Below are positions 39,489 through 53,108 of a stretch of 64,000 nt of DNA, piece by piece (positions within the stretch are counted from its first letter, which is position 1; the number at the start of each line of letters is the position of its first letter). The stretch is from Octopus sinensis (lineage: Eukaryota): assembly GCF_006345805.1 (NCBI RefSeq), contig NC_043000.1, forward strand, positions 95,790,001 through 95,854,000, written 5' to 3'. Made by a program: the position numbers and the translations under genes. The notes beneath the pieces were generated by a model. The model was not told where the DNA came from and made no database searches. It worked only from the letters and a program-made list of their open reading frames with translations.

Positions 39489-39545
39489 CAAGAACTGAGA
39501 AACCATCACAAGCTTTCATGCGGAATTTTTGATTATTATTGCTGT
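39489..39545 (-). CDS. C1orf43: C1orf43 homolog coding exon 4 (DSNNNQKFRMKACDGFSVL)
   Basis: T-tract + CAG acceptor, GTAAGT donor, 57 nt, phase 1-1. Contains the family motif (Y/F)RMKAxD. Confidence 0.93.
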
Positions 39546-39734
39546 CTGAAAAAAAATATTTTAAAACTTGATATAAATAAAGGAAAAAATATAAATATAT
39601 ATAATGATAAAATAAAAAAAAAAACAAAATAAAGGAAATATTTGTTAAAATGCATCTAGAATCTCTTTTTTATTGCAAGTATACGACAAAATGTTACAAA
39701 TGATGAGTAAGAAATTTATATATTTCTTTAATCA

Positions 39735-40420
39735 GACTCGCTTGTTGGGAGATTCTGTATGTTGATGACCTTGTTCTTATAGCAGAATCTGTGGAAGGTT
39801 TGGAATAGAAATTCCAGATATGGCATCAGAATAGAATTGAAGAGCCTCAAAGTAAACTTAGGAAAGAAAACAGGACTGTTGCTGTCAGGTAAAAGAAAGT
39901 TCTTATTAAGCAGAAAAGGAGCAGTAGAAACTCCATACAATATGCCCAATATAAATAATTGATGCATGAAAGTTGTAGGATCATAAACAGGCTAATAGCA
40001 AAGAAAACCTTAATATGAAGCAGATGCACAGGAACATTAAGCATGAAGAGCACTCCAAAAATAGATTCTCTCAATAGCTCAGGAGGCTCTCTAGGAATAG
40101 CCAATAGTTTTTTTTTGTTACTTAGGAGATCTAACTGCCAGTGGGATTGAGTGTTCTAAAAGTATAAATGACCATTTGAAGACATTTGGAGAGCTACCAA
40201 CTCTACAGGTAACAAAGGACCCTCTCCCTCAGAGTGAAGGGCAGAGTGTATGATGCTTGTGTGTGAAGTGTGGTGTGACATAGTAGTGAGACCTGGGCCC
40301 TGAATGCAGAGGATTTGTGAAGGCTAGAAATGAATAAGGTGAACATGTGTTGATGGATGATGATGATATCTATTTTTACATAGAGACAATCCTTGATAAA
40401 ATGGAACATAATAATTAAAT
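39735..40420. mobile_element. RTE LINE remnants (RT core on plus; C-terminal piece inverted)
   Basis: WEILYVDDLVLIAES on the plus strand, and a TKGPSPSE..GRVYDAC-like segment at 40200-40330. Confidence 0.65.
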
Positions 40421-40477
40421 TTTCTGATTTCAAGATGGTTGGGAAATAAATGAGCAAAAGTAAAGCTGGAGGATACT

Positions 40478-40860
40478 CTCTTTTTACTCTTTTACTTGTT
40501 TCAGTCATGTGACTGTGGCCATGCTGGAGCACTGCCTTTAGTTGATCAAATCGACCCAGGACCTATTCTTTGTAAGCCTAGTACTTATTTTATCGGTCTC
40601 TATTTTGCTGAACCGCTAAGTTATGGGGACGTAAACACACCAGCATTGGTTGTCAAGCTATGTTGGGGGGACAAACATGTACATACATATATACGACGGG
40701 CTACTTTCAGTTTCCGTCTACCAAATTCACTCACAAGGCTTTGGTCGGCCCGAGGCTATAGTAGAAGACACTTACCCAAGGTGCCATGCAATGGGACTGA
40801 ACCCGGAACAATGTGGTTCGTAAGCAAGCTACTTACCACACAGCCACTCCTACGCCTATC
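40478..40860 (-). mobile_element. tRNA-derived SINE, well-preserved copy
   Basis: Near-identical to 9295 and 58045. Confidence 0.9.
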
Positions 40861-41884
40861 TTAACATTTTTACAATACTAAATCAAATTATAATCTCTTC
40901 TCTACCAAAACTGTCTCACTGAAAGAAGAAGATAACTACATGCACTTAAAATAAAAAAGACTGTCCATGAGAAGACAATTGAATTCTTTCTAGAAATAAC
41001 GTCTTTAAAATGGACCCACTATCATAACACAGTCCTATTTGTATAGCAGTAGTTAAGTAAGGGAAGTAACTGTCTCAGATTCTCGAGCATTCAATTATCA
41101 CTTTTCACTACTTTCGATAAGTATGAGCCTGATGCTCCAGTATACCACAACGACGACACAATTTTCTTTTCATATGTACAGAGAAGGTATTTTTTTTATC
41201 AGGTAAGAGGATGTAATTGATTGAATAGGCTCTGATATTTATGTTTTTGGTCCTAGTCTTTATAGATACTGTAAAGATGGAAGGCAATGAGATTTCAACT
41301 CATACACAGAGCAGATATGGAGAGCCTTTTTTGAGAAGTGGGATATATGAGACATGTAGCTCATCATTCAGCAGGCCACACAGCCCAAAAAGTTCACAGT
41401 AATTTTTCATTATATGTGTTATTAAGAAACGCCTGCAGGTCGCATATGACCTGCAAATTGTCAATGTCTGATAGAGAGGTACGAAAATCTAAATCACACA
41501 ACAGTTAGTTGTATTCAACAATTTCTGGCAAATAAATCCTAAAATTAGTAAATACAAATGTATGTCTATTATGTCAAAGATACACTGAGGTGCAAAGAAA
41601 ATTAAATTTTACTTTTTTAGTCATAGCAATTCATCATAGAAAAGGAAATATTAGCTGGTGGTATAAAAAAGTCTAAGATTTCATTCCCATTCTTGATAAT
41701 TGGAACAACTTTTAAAATATATATATATATATATTTAAGAAAATGATGATAAAGGAATAAATGATTATGTTATGATGTTCATAAAACAATCATTTATTCC
41801 TTTGTCATCTCATTTTCTTATTACTGCTCTGTACTCAACTAGTGTTTCATTCTGAAGCATATGTATATTGAAGTTCTGCACCAA

Positions 41885-43045
41885 GTTATTAGTTTTGCAA
41901 TGCCTTACCTCTGTTGGCAACAAAGGGTCTCTCCCTCAGAGCAAAAGGCAAATTGTTTGATGCTTGTGTGTGAATAGCTGTGCTATATGGCAGTGAAACA
42001 TGGGCTGTGACCACCAAGGACATGCGTAGGCTTGAAAGAAATGAAGCTAGTATATTTTGATGGATGTACAATACCAGCGTGCATGTATGACAGAGTGTAA
42101 GTGTCTGCATAAGAGGCATCAAATGTGGTGTGCAAGAGAGACAACTGCGTTAGTATGGTCATGTGCTGCATATGGACGAGGACAGTTGTGTGAAGAAGTG
42201 CCGATCTCTAACTGTGATGGGAACCTGTGGAAGAGGTAAACTCAGGAAAACATGGTACAAGGTGGTGAAGTATGATCTTTGAAGGTTGGATTTCATAGAG
42301 GCAATGACTAGTGACTGAGACCTTTGGTGATATGCCATGCTTGAGAAGACCTGTCAAGCTAAGTGAAATCATAGCCGAGGCCGATGCCAGTGTCATGTAA
42401 TTGGCACCCGTGACAGTGGCACATAAAAAGCACCTTTCGAGTGTTGGGCCTCACTGAAGCAATGTGGCTGATGCTGGTGGCATATAAAAAGCACCTGTTG
42501 AGTATGGAGCCTCACAGAGGCAATATGGCTGATGCCGGTGATGCACAACTGACACCTGTGCTGGTGGCATGTGAAAAGCACCTTTTGAGTGTTGAGCCTC
42601 ACAGAGGCATCTGGCACCCATGCTGATGGCATGTAAAAAGCACCTGTCAAGTATTGGACCTCACAAAAGCAATGTAGCTGAGCCAATGTCGTGCTGGTAG
42701 CACATGAAAAGCACCTTTCAAGGTGGTGAAGCATGATCTTCAGACTTTGGGCCTCACACAGGCAATGACTTTTGGCAATATGCTGTGCTTGAGAAGAAGA
42801 CCCATCAAACCAAGTGAAATGGTATTCATGGCAGATACTGGTGTCACATAAATGGCATGTAAAAGCACCCATTACACTCTCAGAGTGGTTGGCATTATGA
42901 AGGGCATCAAGCTGTAGAAGCCATGCCAAATCAGACTGGAGTCTAGTGCAGCCTTCCAGCTTACCAGCCCTGGTCAAACCGTCCAACCCATGTCAGCATG
43001 GATAACGGGCGTTAATAGATGATGATGACGATGCTGATGATGATA
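41885..43045 (+). mobile_element. RTE LINE 3' end including repeat-rich 3'UTR and (GAT)n tail
   Basis: LPLLATKGLSLRAKGKLFDACV...LYGSETWAV, then six AAAAGCACC units and the tail shared with the short elements. Confidence 0.9.
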
Positions 43046-45739
43046 AACACTCACACACAAAATTTCCAGCCAAATAATTTTAATGAATAATTCAAAATGT
43101 GATAGAAAACATTTAAATAAAATTCACAGGTGACACATACAAATTGGAATGTTTAGTGGCAGAGCAGGGATGGTATCTAAATTGTCTCAAGGGATAAATA
43201 CAGCTGAGTCATTAAGAAGCTCACTTCATAACCCAAGTGGTTAGGGTTCAAAACTTATGCGATTTGGGTTCAATTCCACTTCAAAATACCTTAGGAAAGT
43301 GTCTTCTGTCATCATGTCGAGTTAACTAATTCCTTGTGAGCTGAATTTGGTAAATGGAAAATGTGTGGAAGCTTGATGTGTGTATGTGTGTGTGTGATCA
43401 TTTACTGTCTGAACTCAATGCTGACATGGGTTGAATGATTCAACAGGATCCAATGAGTCTGGAAGGGTTTTCTATAGTTGGATGCCCTTGCTAATGCCAA
43501 CCACTTTACAGAGTGTACTGGGTGCTTTTTATGTGACACTAGCACCAGTGATGTTGTCAAGCAACTCACAAGAAAATGAAACCCTCACTCAGCTAAGTGA
43601 GGATGTAGTAGAGTAGGAGGTGGCATTATGTCAGGTGCTGAGAGGTTAAGGTATGGTGGAGGGACAAGAACTGGTATCTGACTGAAGAAAAGATACATGG
43701 CTACAACACATTATATAAGGGCAAGTGGGTAGATGTAAGTGAAAAGACAGAGAAGAGGGTGGTGATGAAGTATCAGAGATAGAGGAAGGTAGATGGATAA
43801 GTGTGTGTGTGTGAGTATTTATGTGCATGTGAGTGTATGTATTTATGTGGAAGTGTTTGTGCATGATTCTTTCCTCAACATATATTGACAATACTTGTGA
43901 AAAGAATATCAATGAGAAAACCAGTAAAACTTGTAAGTTTTCTAACAATAAATCATCATTGACATTTAGAAAAACCAGCGTTGTTACAGTATTTATCCAC
44001 TCCAAGTTGCACTATAAAATAACATACTTTAAGATTTCAAGTAATATTGGTTTCAAATGTGAACAGATGGAATTTTAAGAGAACATGTAAAAGCTCAAAT
44101 TAGCAGCTAATACATTCAGTTTACATCAAAGTCTGTTTAAATAAATCATCACCACCATCATTTAATATTTGATTTCCATTCTGGAATGGGTTGGATGAAT
44201 CATAGGAATGTATCATGCACTGATGTCTTCTTTGGATTTTTTTGTAGCTGGATGCCCTTCTGAGCATCAACCACAAGGCAGAGTGTACTGGGTGCTTTTT
44301 CCATGGCACCAGTACTAGTGATGGTCACCTAATAACTTGGAAAGCTAAGGTCCTAAAGTAGCCCCTATAACTGAGTGAGAACAGAAGAGAGAGTGTGCAA
44401 TAATCCTAGGTAGAAAGATGAGGGAATGGACAGTAAGAAGGAAGGTTGTGAGAGTATGACAGGGAACAGGGGAGAGGGAAGGGATTAGTGACGATGGAAA
44501 AAAGGGAGAGGTGCAGTTGAAAAAGTGACAGACAGGGATGTCTAAAAGGGGGAGTCTAGGGCTACCCACCATTATAAGGGTTGAGTATGGACAGGTGTGA
44601 TGGTCAGGGGACATGTGACATGCAAAAAGGAAATGTAGTTTTTAGGAATATTCTCACTAGTGCATCTCTGTGTCTGTGTCATGAGCATAAACCACTTTTA
44701 GTAGCATCTAAAATGGTGTTGACACTACATTATGCAGTCTCAACTGCATACAAAAGAATTAAAAGAGGCTCTGCCTTCTGACTGGCAACAATACAGTCGC
44801 TCATATGTCATAACTACTAACCCACAAACATGATGTTTCTTCTCTCTGTCACTTCTACTCTTCTGAACTAACAAACTGCATACTATCTAAAATGAAGCAA
44901 TGTACCAGTCTCTTCTTATCATCTATACTATCTATCACATTGAAAGCCTTGTAATACACACTTTGCCAAAATCAACTATTCAGGCATTCACCTTCAGAAG
45001 TTCAAACTGAAGACCAACTGCCAATCTAAGATGGCCTATAAACATGTCATAAAAAAATACTCTCTTTATCCAACTAAATAAAAAATAATAATAAGTATAG
45101 AAGGAAGTGTTGGCCAAGTAAACATACAGCAAGGAATTATTTTATCAAATGTCAGAGTAGTCCCAAAAGTCAATGATTTACTTTCATATCATATAATCCA
45201 ATTTACTTTGTGACAAATCCAAGTCAATCTTAGCAGAATTTAAACTCAGAACAACATGATGATCTATTTTAAAAATTGTTTATAATCATTATTATTGCTG
45301 TCATCACTATTTTAACACACTTTGTTTTATGATGGCATGGGTTGACTGGGTATGTTGTATGGCAAATTTCCATAAGTCTTAGTCCAGCTAGTACAATAAG
45401 AAGATATCTATCAACCATTGTTTATAATTAGATTAAGAAGTATAATCTTTTTATTCACTCTAATCCTTTCTCTGTAAACATATGAAAACGGAAATTTTCC
45501 TTAGAAGTAAGGAAATTGCGACTGAATTTTTGTAACCTACATTTGGTTGGACTGTTTCATAAATGCACCTTCAACATGAGCATAATCACAAAAAGTTCAT
45601 TTCAATTCTATTGAAAATTTTTAAAATTAAATAAATAGATTAGAAGCTTTTTACAGTCAGTCAAATCTCAAAGATCAACAACAGTTTTACTTTCTTTTAT
45701 AAATTTCTATCCCAGATTTTTTGCATTTTCTTGAATGGC

Positions 45740-46170
45740 ATAGCTTTGTGGTTAAGTAGTTTGCTTCCCAGCCACATGGTTTTGGGTTCAGTCCCACTGT
45801 ATGGCACTTTGGGCAAGTGTCTTTTACTATAGTTCTAGGCCAACCAAAGCTTTGTGAGTGGATTTTGTAGATGGAAAGTGAAAGAAGCCCAGTGTGTGTG
45901 TATGTGTGTGTGTGTCTGCCTGCATGTGTGTGTATGTTTATGTTTTCTTGTACATTACGTGACTAGTTGTAAATGACTATCACTTTCAAAGAAGCAGTGT
46001 AGTTCACTTGTAATAATGTGTGGAAATATGTCTGGCCATGGGAGAATGTTACCTCACTTGGAAACAGGTGAGGGTTGACAACAGGAAGGGCATCCAGCTA
46101 TAGAAAATCTGCCTCAACATACTGCATCCAATCCATGCAAGCATTGTAAAATGGATGTTAAGACAATGTA
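45740..46170 (+). mobile_element. tRNA-derived SINE fused to RTE-type tail
   Basis: Head TGTGGTTAAGTAG...GGTTCAGTCCC, then AGGAAGGGCATCCAGC and tail. A similar element lies at 50040-50380. Confidence 0.7.
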
Positions 46171-47267
46171 GCTGCACTTATTTTAAGAATCAATTAAAGA
46201 CTGAATTTAGACATAAAAAAAAATCGAAGCTGCCACCATTGTTTTAAACCCACTTTCCATACCAACATCAATTGGATGGATCAGCATGGTCAAATTCAGC
46301 ACATATTCGAGGGCTACTACTCATCTTGATAGGTCAGTCAGACCCAATCTTGCAAGCATTTCATTTTCAGCTTGATTTCAATGGCTGCATGCTCGTTCTA
46401 ACAACAAGCACTTAACAGAGTTTATCAAGTGCTTTCTCGTGGCACCAGCACTGGAGAAATGTCATATCTCGAGTAAGACTAATACAAGCCTCTGTGTCTC
46501 TATACAATTGACAGTCTCATTAGAGAGAGAGAAGCATAAATGAAAGAGGCATAAATGATAGTGACAGGAATCATATGTAATTGGAGAAGGAATGATAGGA
46601 GAACTCAGTATTCTGGATAAGGTATGTATATACAAGGCAATATGACTGAGATGATAGTTCCAAATATTACTCTTACTCACTCTTGTATTATGTAAGTAGT
46701 CATGTTCTTTTAAAGCAAGAAACCTGGCTGTTTCTTTCAAACTTTAACCTCTGTCACCTGGTATAAACCACCTCCCTCTCTATTGTAGCCCCACTCAGTC
46801 AAAGGAGCTGTTAGTCTTGCAAGCTACAAGGTGACCTCACTAGTGTTGATGCTACAAAAATAGTTGCCATCAGACTCTGTAAAGTGGTTGGTGTTAGGAA
46901 GGGCACTGGACCACAGAAACCATGCCAAAGCAGATACTGATACATGATGCAGTTCTCAGATCCAGCAAATACTGTAAAATCATCAAAACCATACCAGCAT
47001 GGAAGATGGATGCTAAAAGATGATGGCAAATGAAGAACTTGGTCAGATTAAGCATATTACCTTTTCCATTTAGTGGTATATGAAACCTGACATTTGGAAC
47101 ATAACATAGCAGAAAGATTTTCAATTATAATTATGATAGAAGGATTTAACTTCTATACAATACAAAACAGGTGGATTTGTACTAAAGAATCGGAGGCAGT
47201 CTTAGGTGAGTTGACATCAAAAGAGTTAAAAGAATGTAAATATTAAAAAAAACTGCCTTGAACTTAC

Positions 47268-47385
47268 CAACTGAATCTGAACACATATCATTTTCAGTGT
47301 CATTTGAGGATTTTTGAAGCAATGTTGGTTCAAATTTTATATTTTTTACATGGTGAAGTCTTCGTTGGATTTCTTTCTGTAGACT
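47268..47385 (-). CDS. C1orf43: C1orf43 homolog coding exon 3 (SLQKEIQRRLHHVKNIKFEPTLLQKSSNDTENDMCSDSV)
   Basis: TTTCAG acceptor, GTAAGT donor, 118 nt, phase 0-1. Matches recalled DLKEEIDIRLSRVQDIKYEPQLL. Confidence 0.95.
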
Positions 47386-47518
47386 CTGAAATCAAATTAC
47401 ATTGATACATAAATATATAAAACTGACAGTGAATAGTTCATGGTTTAATTAGAAACCATCACCAGGTATTAATAATAACACTTTAAATGTTATATTGTTA
47501 CACACACACATACAAATA

Positions 47519-47885
47519 TACAAGGTGCATTCAAAAAGTATGTGACTTTCCTTCCAAAACCAATGTTGCATAGGCAAAATCCTTTGGGTAGGAGACGATG
47601 CCACCCTTCCTGTGCATGTGTTAATATTTTCACACTGGTAGGCCACATCAGTTCCTGGCTGTTACACCTACAGTACAGACATGTAGTGCACACTAGTCAG
47701 ATTTTCGTTTTCATGCAAAATAACCAAATACATCAAGCAGAGATATTGCATCAAGTTTTGCCAAAAGCTTAGTGACACTTAAGCTAAAACCGTCCAGAAG
47801 ATCCAGCAGGACTTTGGCAATGATACCATGGGCAAAGCTCAGATCAAGGAGGAGTACAACTGCTTCAAACATGGCTGCATTTCAC
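47519..47885 (+). mobile_element. Mariner 5' fragment
   Basis: TIR-like TACAAGGTGCATTCAAAAAG and the peptide EQRYCIKFCQKL...QIKEEYNCFKHG. Confidence 0.8.
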
Positions 47886-50699
47886 AAACAGTGTGACAGA
47901 TTAGCATGACATTGACATTACCATTTTAATATAATAGATAGTTTAAGGTGGGGAGCTGGTATGTAAGTTTGTGTGAGTGAGTTCCTATTTCCCTTGTGTT
48001 CATTGGTTTGTAAACAATGGTTTTCTGAAGGTGTCATTTGCATGTGGTCTAGGCTTCTGGACTTGTCTTGACATGTTGTATGATCTTTACCAACAAAAGG
48101 CTTGCTCATATTGTGTCTTTTCTTTCCAATTCTCTGCATAAAACATGTTTGGGCTGTTTGTTGTTTGACAGACTAGGATTATTATCTGATAGACTAGATT
48201 ATTAGCTCTGTTGGAAAGAAGTGAGTGTTAGCAACAGGAAGGGCATCTGGCTACAGAAAAACTTACTCTCACCTGACCCATGTAAGCATGGAAAAGTAGC
48301 CATTAAAACAATGATGATGAATTAGAAAAGATAAAGGATTGCTCCATGGTCAATAAGAAACCTCACTGATCAAAGAAAATAAGAAATCTTTTGAAGTAGA
48401 AGAGACAGAAGGAGTTAGTTGTTAGCCCTGATCAAGCTGACCTATGTTCAAAGGAGTTATAACCAAGACCAGCCAATCTTTTTCTTGTGCATAGTTTCAC
48501 TTGGACAACAATATCCAAAATGTTGTGGAATTTTTTATAGGGTGTGATACAAGTGGGATTTTTGATATTTTTAGCAGGATGAGTGACCGCTAGAAGCTTC
48601 AGAGGTAAAAAGAGAATTAGTTGAATGAGATTATGTATCAAGTGGAGGAACTGATCTGATAATAGTGAAGAATTTTGAAATTTGATACAAAATCCAAAGC
48701 ACAAACCTAGAGGATTCAGCAAAGGCAAAAAATAGTCAAATACCTCTACCTTGTCTCAGTCTGCCTCTTTCAATGGCAACAACTTACAATTATACAGCAG
48801 AATGATGTGAATGATCACATGCTAGATGCACATTTTTGTGACTACATTCATCCTCAACCTAGATCAAAGTTGGCTTGGAATGCACCACATGCACAATTAA
48901 TGCATCTCTTACATCTTTGTTCAAAAGACACCATCCAAGCATGGTGTAAACAGTGAGATGTACAGTCAGAAAAAACAGGTTCAATATAATTAAAATGGAA
49001 CTTGTATCAATATCTGATCCTCGCATATACATCTGCTGTTGGAACAGTGACTGGTTTATGATATTCATGTCAGACATCAATGATTGCTAAATGTGGTGTG
49101 CTTCTGTTTGCAGTGCTGTGGATTCATTAGTTAGAGCTAGCTTGACTCATTCCAAGTGAACACCTATACCAGTACAAGTATGAACACATACATCATAAAT
49201 TTCAAACTCTGGCATATGCATTGCTTTACTCAAGTTCCTTTAGTCTTAGCCAAACAAAGAATAGACCTTTGTTTTACATCCTGGGTGAAAAAATGAGTAG
49301 TTTAGTCCAGCAGACCAATCAGCTGCGAAGTATTATTTATCATTTGTGCTTTTATTTGCCTTATCAGACGGTATATACAACTTTTTGGCATTAGCAACTT
49401 TCAAGAGTTGTTATCTGTGTTAATAAGTATCGTGTGTACGTATGTGTATAGAAACTATTCATAGCATAATGTCTTTTGTGATGGTTTCTTTCTTCTATGT
49501 TATTGAAGAGTATTATTTATGATATATATATATATGCAACCTAAAAGTACATTAGATGATGATCATTATATATATATATATATATCATATCATATACATA
49601 CATAACATATATAAATCCTTATCCCTGCCTATTATTCTCTCATCACACACTCTTTCTCTCTCTCTCTCTCTCTGACATACTCTCTCCTTCCCTCCCTCCC
49701 CCTCTCTCTCACCCTCTCATGCAATTAATTCCTTTGGTGTATGCATCCTAAGTACCAATGGTCTTCTAAGAGCCAGTATTTAGTTGATATTAAGCAGATG
49801 AGAGATAAATATTTATTGGGACATGGTGCCAATCTATCTTGGATGACCTGGGACTTAGGACTTGGGAGATGGTATCCAATACCATGTCCATTCAACCATG
49901 CCGTTTTATATTTCTGAAATATGAGACTTCTTCAGTTTTTCCACAGATCTAATAATAATAATTGATTTAGAGAAAAATCTAAGGACTACCAATGAACAGA
50001 ATCTAAGCTGATAAGACCCAAAATTTCAGGCAGTAGAAGCATGGTTAAGAAGTTCACATCACAATCACATGGTTTCAGATTTAAGTCCACTATACTGCAC
50101 CTTGAACAAGTGTCTCCCATTATAGTTCTAGATTGACCAGTGTTGGGAGTGAAGTTCAGTTGAAGGAAACTGGATGAATGTTTGTATGTGTGTGTATACG
50201 TAAGTATATATGAATGTCACTGTTTACAAGCAGTGTCCTTTGTTTCCAATCATGAAAACGTGTCCAGTCTTGTTGTAATATTCGATTACTTGGAAACAGA
50301 TGAGGGTTGGCAAGAGAAAGGGCTTCTTGCCATATAAAATTTCCCCAAACAAATTCCATCTGATTCATGTGACATTAAAATGATGATGATGATGATGATA
50401 CATATATATGCATGTGTGTGTATAGATGTATAGAAATGCTTGCACATATGTGTATATCATCATCATCATTATTTAACATGTTTTCCATGCTGGTATGGTT
50501 GGATGATTCAACCAGAGCTGGTAAGGCCAGAGGCAGCACCAGTCCCCATTGTTTGTTCTGGCATGGTTTCTACGACTGGATGTCTTTCCTAATGCCAATC
50601 ACTCCACAGAGTGTACTGGGTGCTTTTTATATAACACCAGTACCAGTGCTTTTTATGTGGTACCCACATTGGTATCAATTTTGCTGTGGTGGATGGGTT

Positions 50700-50735
<36 letters not shown>

Positions 50736-51772
50736 TGCATGTGTACATATATACACACATCATACAAATATAAAATAGAGAGTACAAGTACTAAATAACC
50801 GTACTCTTTAAGACTCTACAGTCTCAGAGGTTACAAAGCAACCTTACTAATGCTGATGCCTTAATAAAATGTATGCAATACACTTTGTAAAGTGGTTTGT
50901 GAACAAGCAGAGATTACGTAGGGGCAAAAGATGACAACTATTCTAAAGCTGGTGCCATGATGAAATGCCCCGACTATACTCCATAAGGTGGTTGGTGATA
51001 GCAAGGGTATCCAGCCTTAGAAAGCTATTCAAAATTGAGACATGAATGAGATGCAGTACTCTAACTTATCCAAGAAGGCAGTAGCTTCAAATACAAACTG
51101 ATGTAAACTGTGACAACCCACCCTAGCATGGAAAATCATGATAATGTTGACATTTTATATATATATATGTGTAAATATAATTATATTTAAAAGAGAAAAT
51201 TTTTTAAAATTCATTTTACCAATGTACAGACTGCACTTTGAAGTGCTCAAGATATTCGAACTTGAGGTGTTAGATGAATATAGAAATGGGAATCAAGTTA
51301 GGAAAATAAATTCACATATAATAATACATATATTCCACTAAAGTCCCAATATGCATAAATTTTTAAAATATATTTAATACATCAAACATATTAAAAATAT
51401 ATAGATTTATCAATATATTGGAAATATATTGGTAAGTCAAACATAAAAGTTTTGAGTATTAATACCCAAACCTTTTCTGTTTGACTTTTTCTGGACTCTT
51501 AACTTTTTACCTAGTTCTATGGTATTGTTTTTATTTTACAAGTCGATCTATTATATGTATTTATATTTCCAATATATTTTTAATGTATTTATATATTGAT
51601 AAATTTATATATATTTATATATCTATATATATTATATATCTATATATTTTTAATATGTTTGATGCATTAAATAGATTGTTTAAAAAATTTATGCATATTG
51701 GGTCTATGGTTGAATATATGTACTATTACATGTGAATTGATTTGCCTAACTTGATTCTCATTTCTGTATGTG

Positions 51773-51809
<37 letters not shown>

Positions 51810-52363
51810 TTTAAGGACCAAGGTATCTGACAACTTGCTGTATTCAAGAAGGCCCTTCCTTCACAGCAGAAGTGTTAATGTCACTCCCACTGATGAAGAG
51901 GATTGGCCTGCAAGAATCCCGTGCTGGTACCATGTAAAAAGCACTTGTGCCAGCCACACATAAAAGTACTCATGCTGATGCCATGTTAAAAGCACCCAAC
52001 ACACACTATAAAGTGGTCGGCACTAGGAAGGGCATCAAACCTAGCCAAATCAGACTGGAATTTGGTGCAGCTCTGGTCAAACCATTCAACTCATGCCAGC
52101 AGCATGAAAACAGATGTTAAAGGATGATAATGTGCAAGGTAGTGAGCTGGCAGAATCATCAGCATACTGGAGAAATACTTAGTTGCATTTTGTCAGTCTT
52201 CACATTCTGAGTTCAAATTCCGCTGAGATTGACTTTGCTTTTCATCCCTTTGGGATTGATAAAATAAGTACCAGTCAAGAATTGGGATCAATGTAACCAA
52301 TTAGCCACCCCCAGAATTTCAGGCCTAGTGCCTATAGTAGAAAGGGTTATATATATATATATA

Positions 52364-52555
52364 GTTAATCCAAATATGAAAACACAACGTGAGGATGTGG
52401 AACAAGTATAGTGTTATTGGACGCTCAGGAAAAGAAAGAAAGAAGTAGGATTTAACATTTCGAGTGGAGCTCTTCATCAGAAACATAGAAAAAGGAAAGA
52501 TCCAAGGAAGAGAAGACGGAGGAAAAAAAATCGCCAACGATACACACATGGTCAC
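52364..52555 (-). mobile_element. Penelope-like LTR / retrozyme-like ~190 bp element with hammerhead-like core
   Basis: Homologous to 62037-62244. Core CTGATGAAGAGCTCCACTCGAAAT at 52457-52480 on the minus strand. Confidence 0.6.
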
Positions 52556-53006
52556 ATATATTTATATATATCATCATCATTGTTTAATGTCTGCCTTCCA
52601 TGTTGGCATAGGTTGAATGGTTTGATAGGAGATGGTCAAGCAGAGACTGCACCAGACTTCTGTATCTGTTTTGGCATGGTTTTTACAGCTGGATGCCCTT
52701 CCAAATGCCAACCACTTTACAGTGTGGACTGGATGTTTTTTACATGGCGCCTGCACTAGCAGGGTTACCAAGTAACTTGCAAGACAAAGAACATTTGAGA
52801 GGGGAGGGGACATTGAAGGAGGTGATCTTTATTATCCAGATTGATAAAATAATGAAATAAGCATTGAGAACAATATAACTGTACTCTAAGCAGTGGTACT
52901 CCAGCATGGCCACAATCCACTAACTAAAATCAATAAAAGAATTGAAGAAAGAAGGAAATAGAAAGGAAGAAGTGTAAATACAAGAAACTGTGACAGTTGA
53001 TCTTAC

Positions 53007-53108
53007 CTTTGGTATTCCTGTTCCAATATTGATGTGTGGTCTACGGGCAGATCGTATTGTCAGGCGGGAAATCTGTCTCTTGGTAATAATAAACAACATG
53101 AAAAACAA
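53007..53108 (-). CDS. C1orf43: C1orf43 homolog coding exon 2 (LFFMLFIITKRQISRLTIRSARRPHINIGTGIPK)
   Basis: Polypyrimidine tract + CAG acceptor, GTAAGA donor, 102 nt, phase 0-0. Matches recalled human FVLLFIFVKRQIMRFAMKSRRGPHVPVGHNAPK. Confidence 0.95.

Noticed and set aside
41434-41455. Palindrome TGCAGGTCGCATATGACCTGCA
   Set aside because: Typical sub-terminal palindrome of hAT/Charlie MITE remnants.
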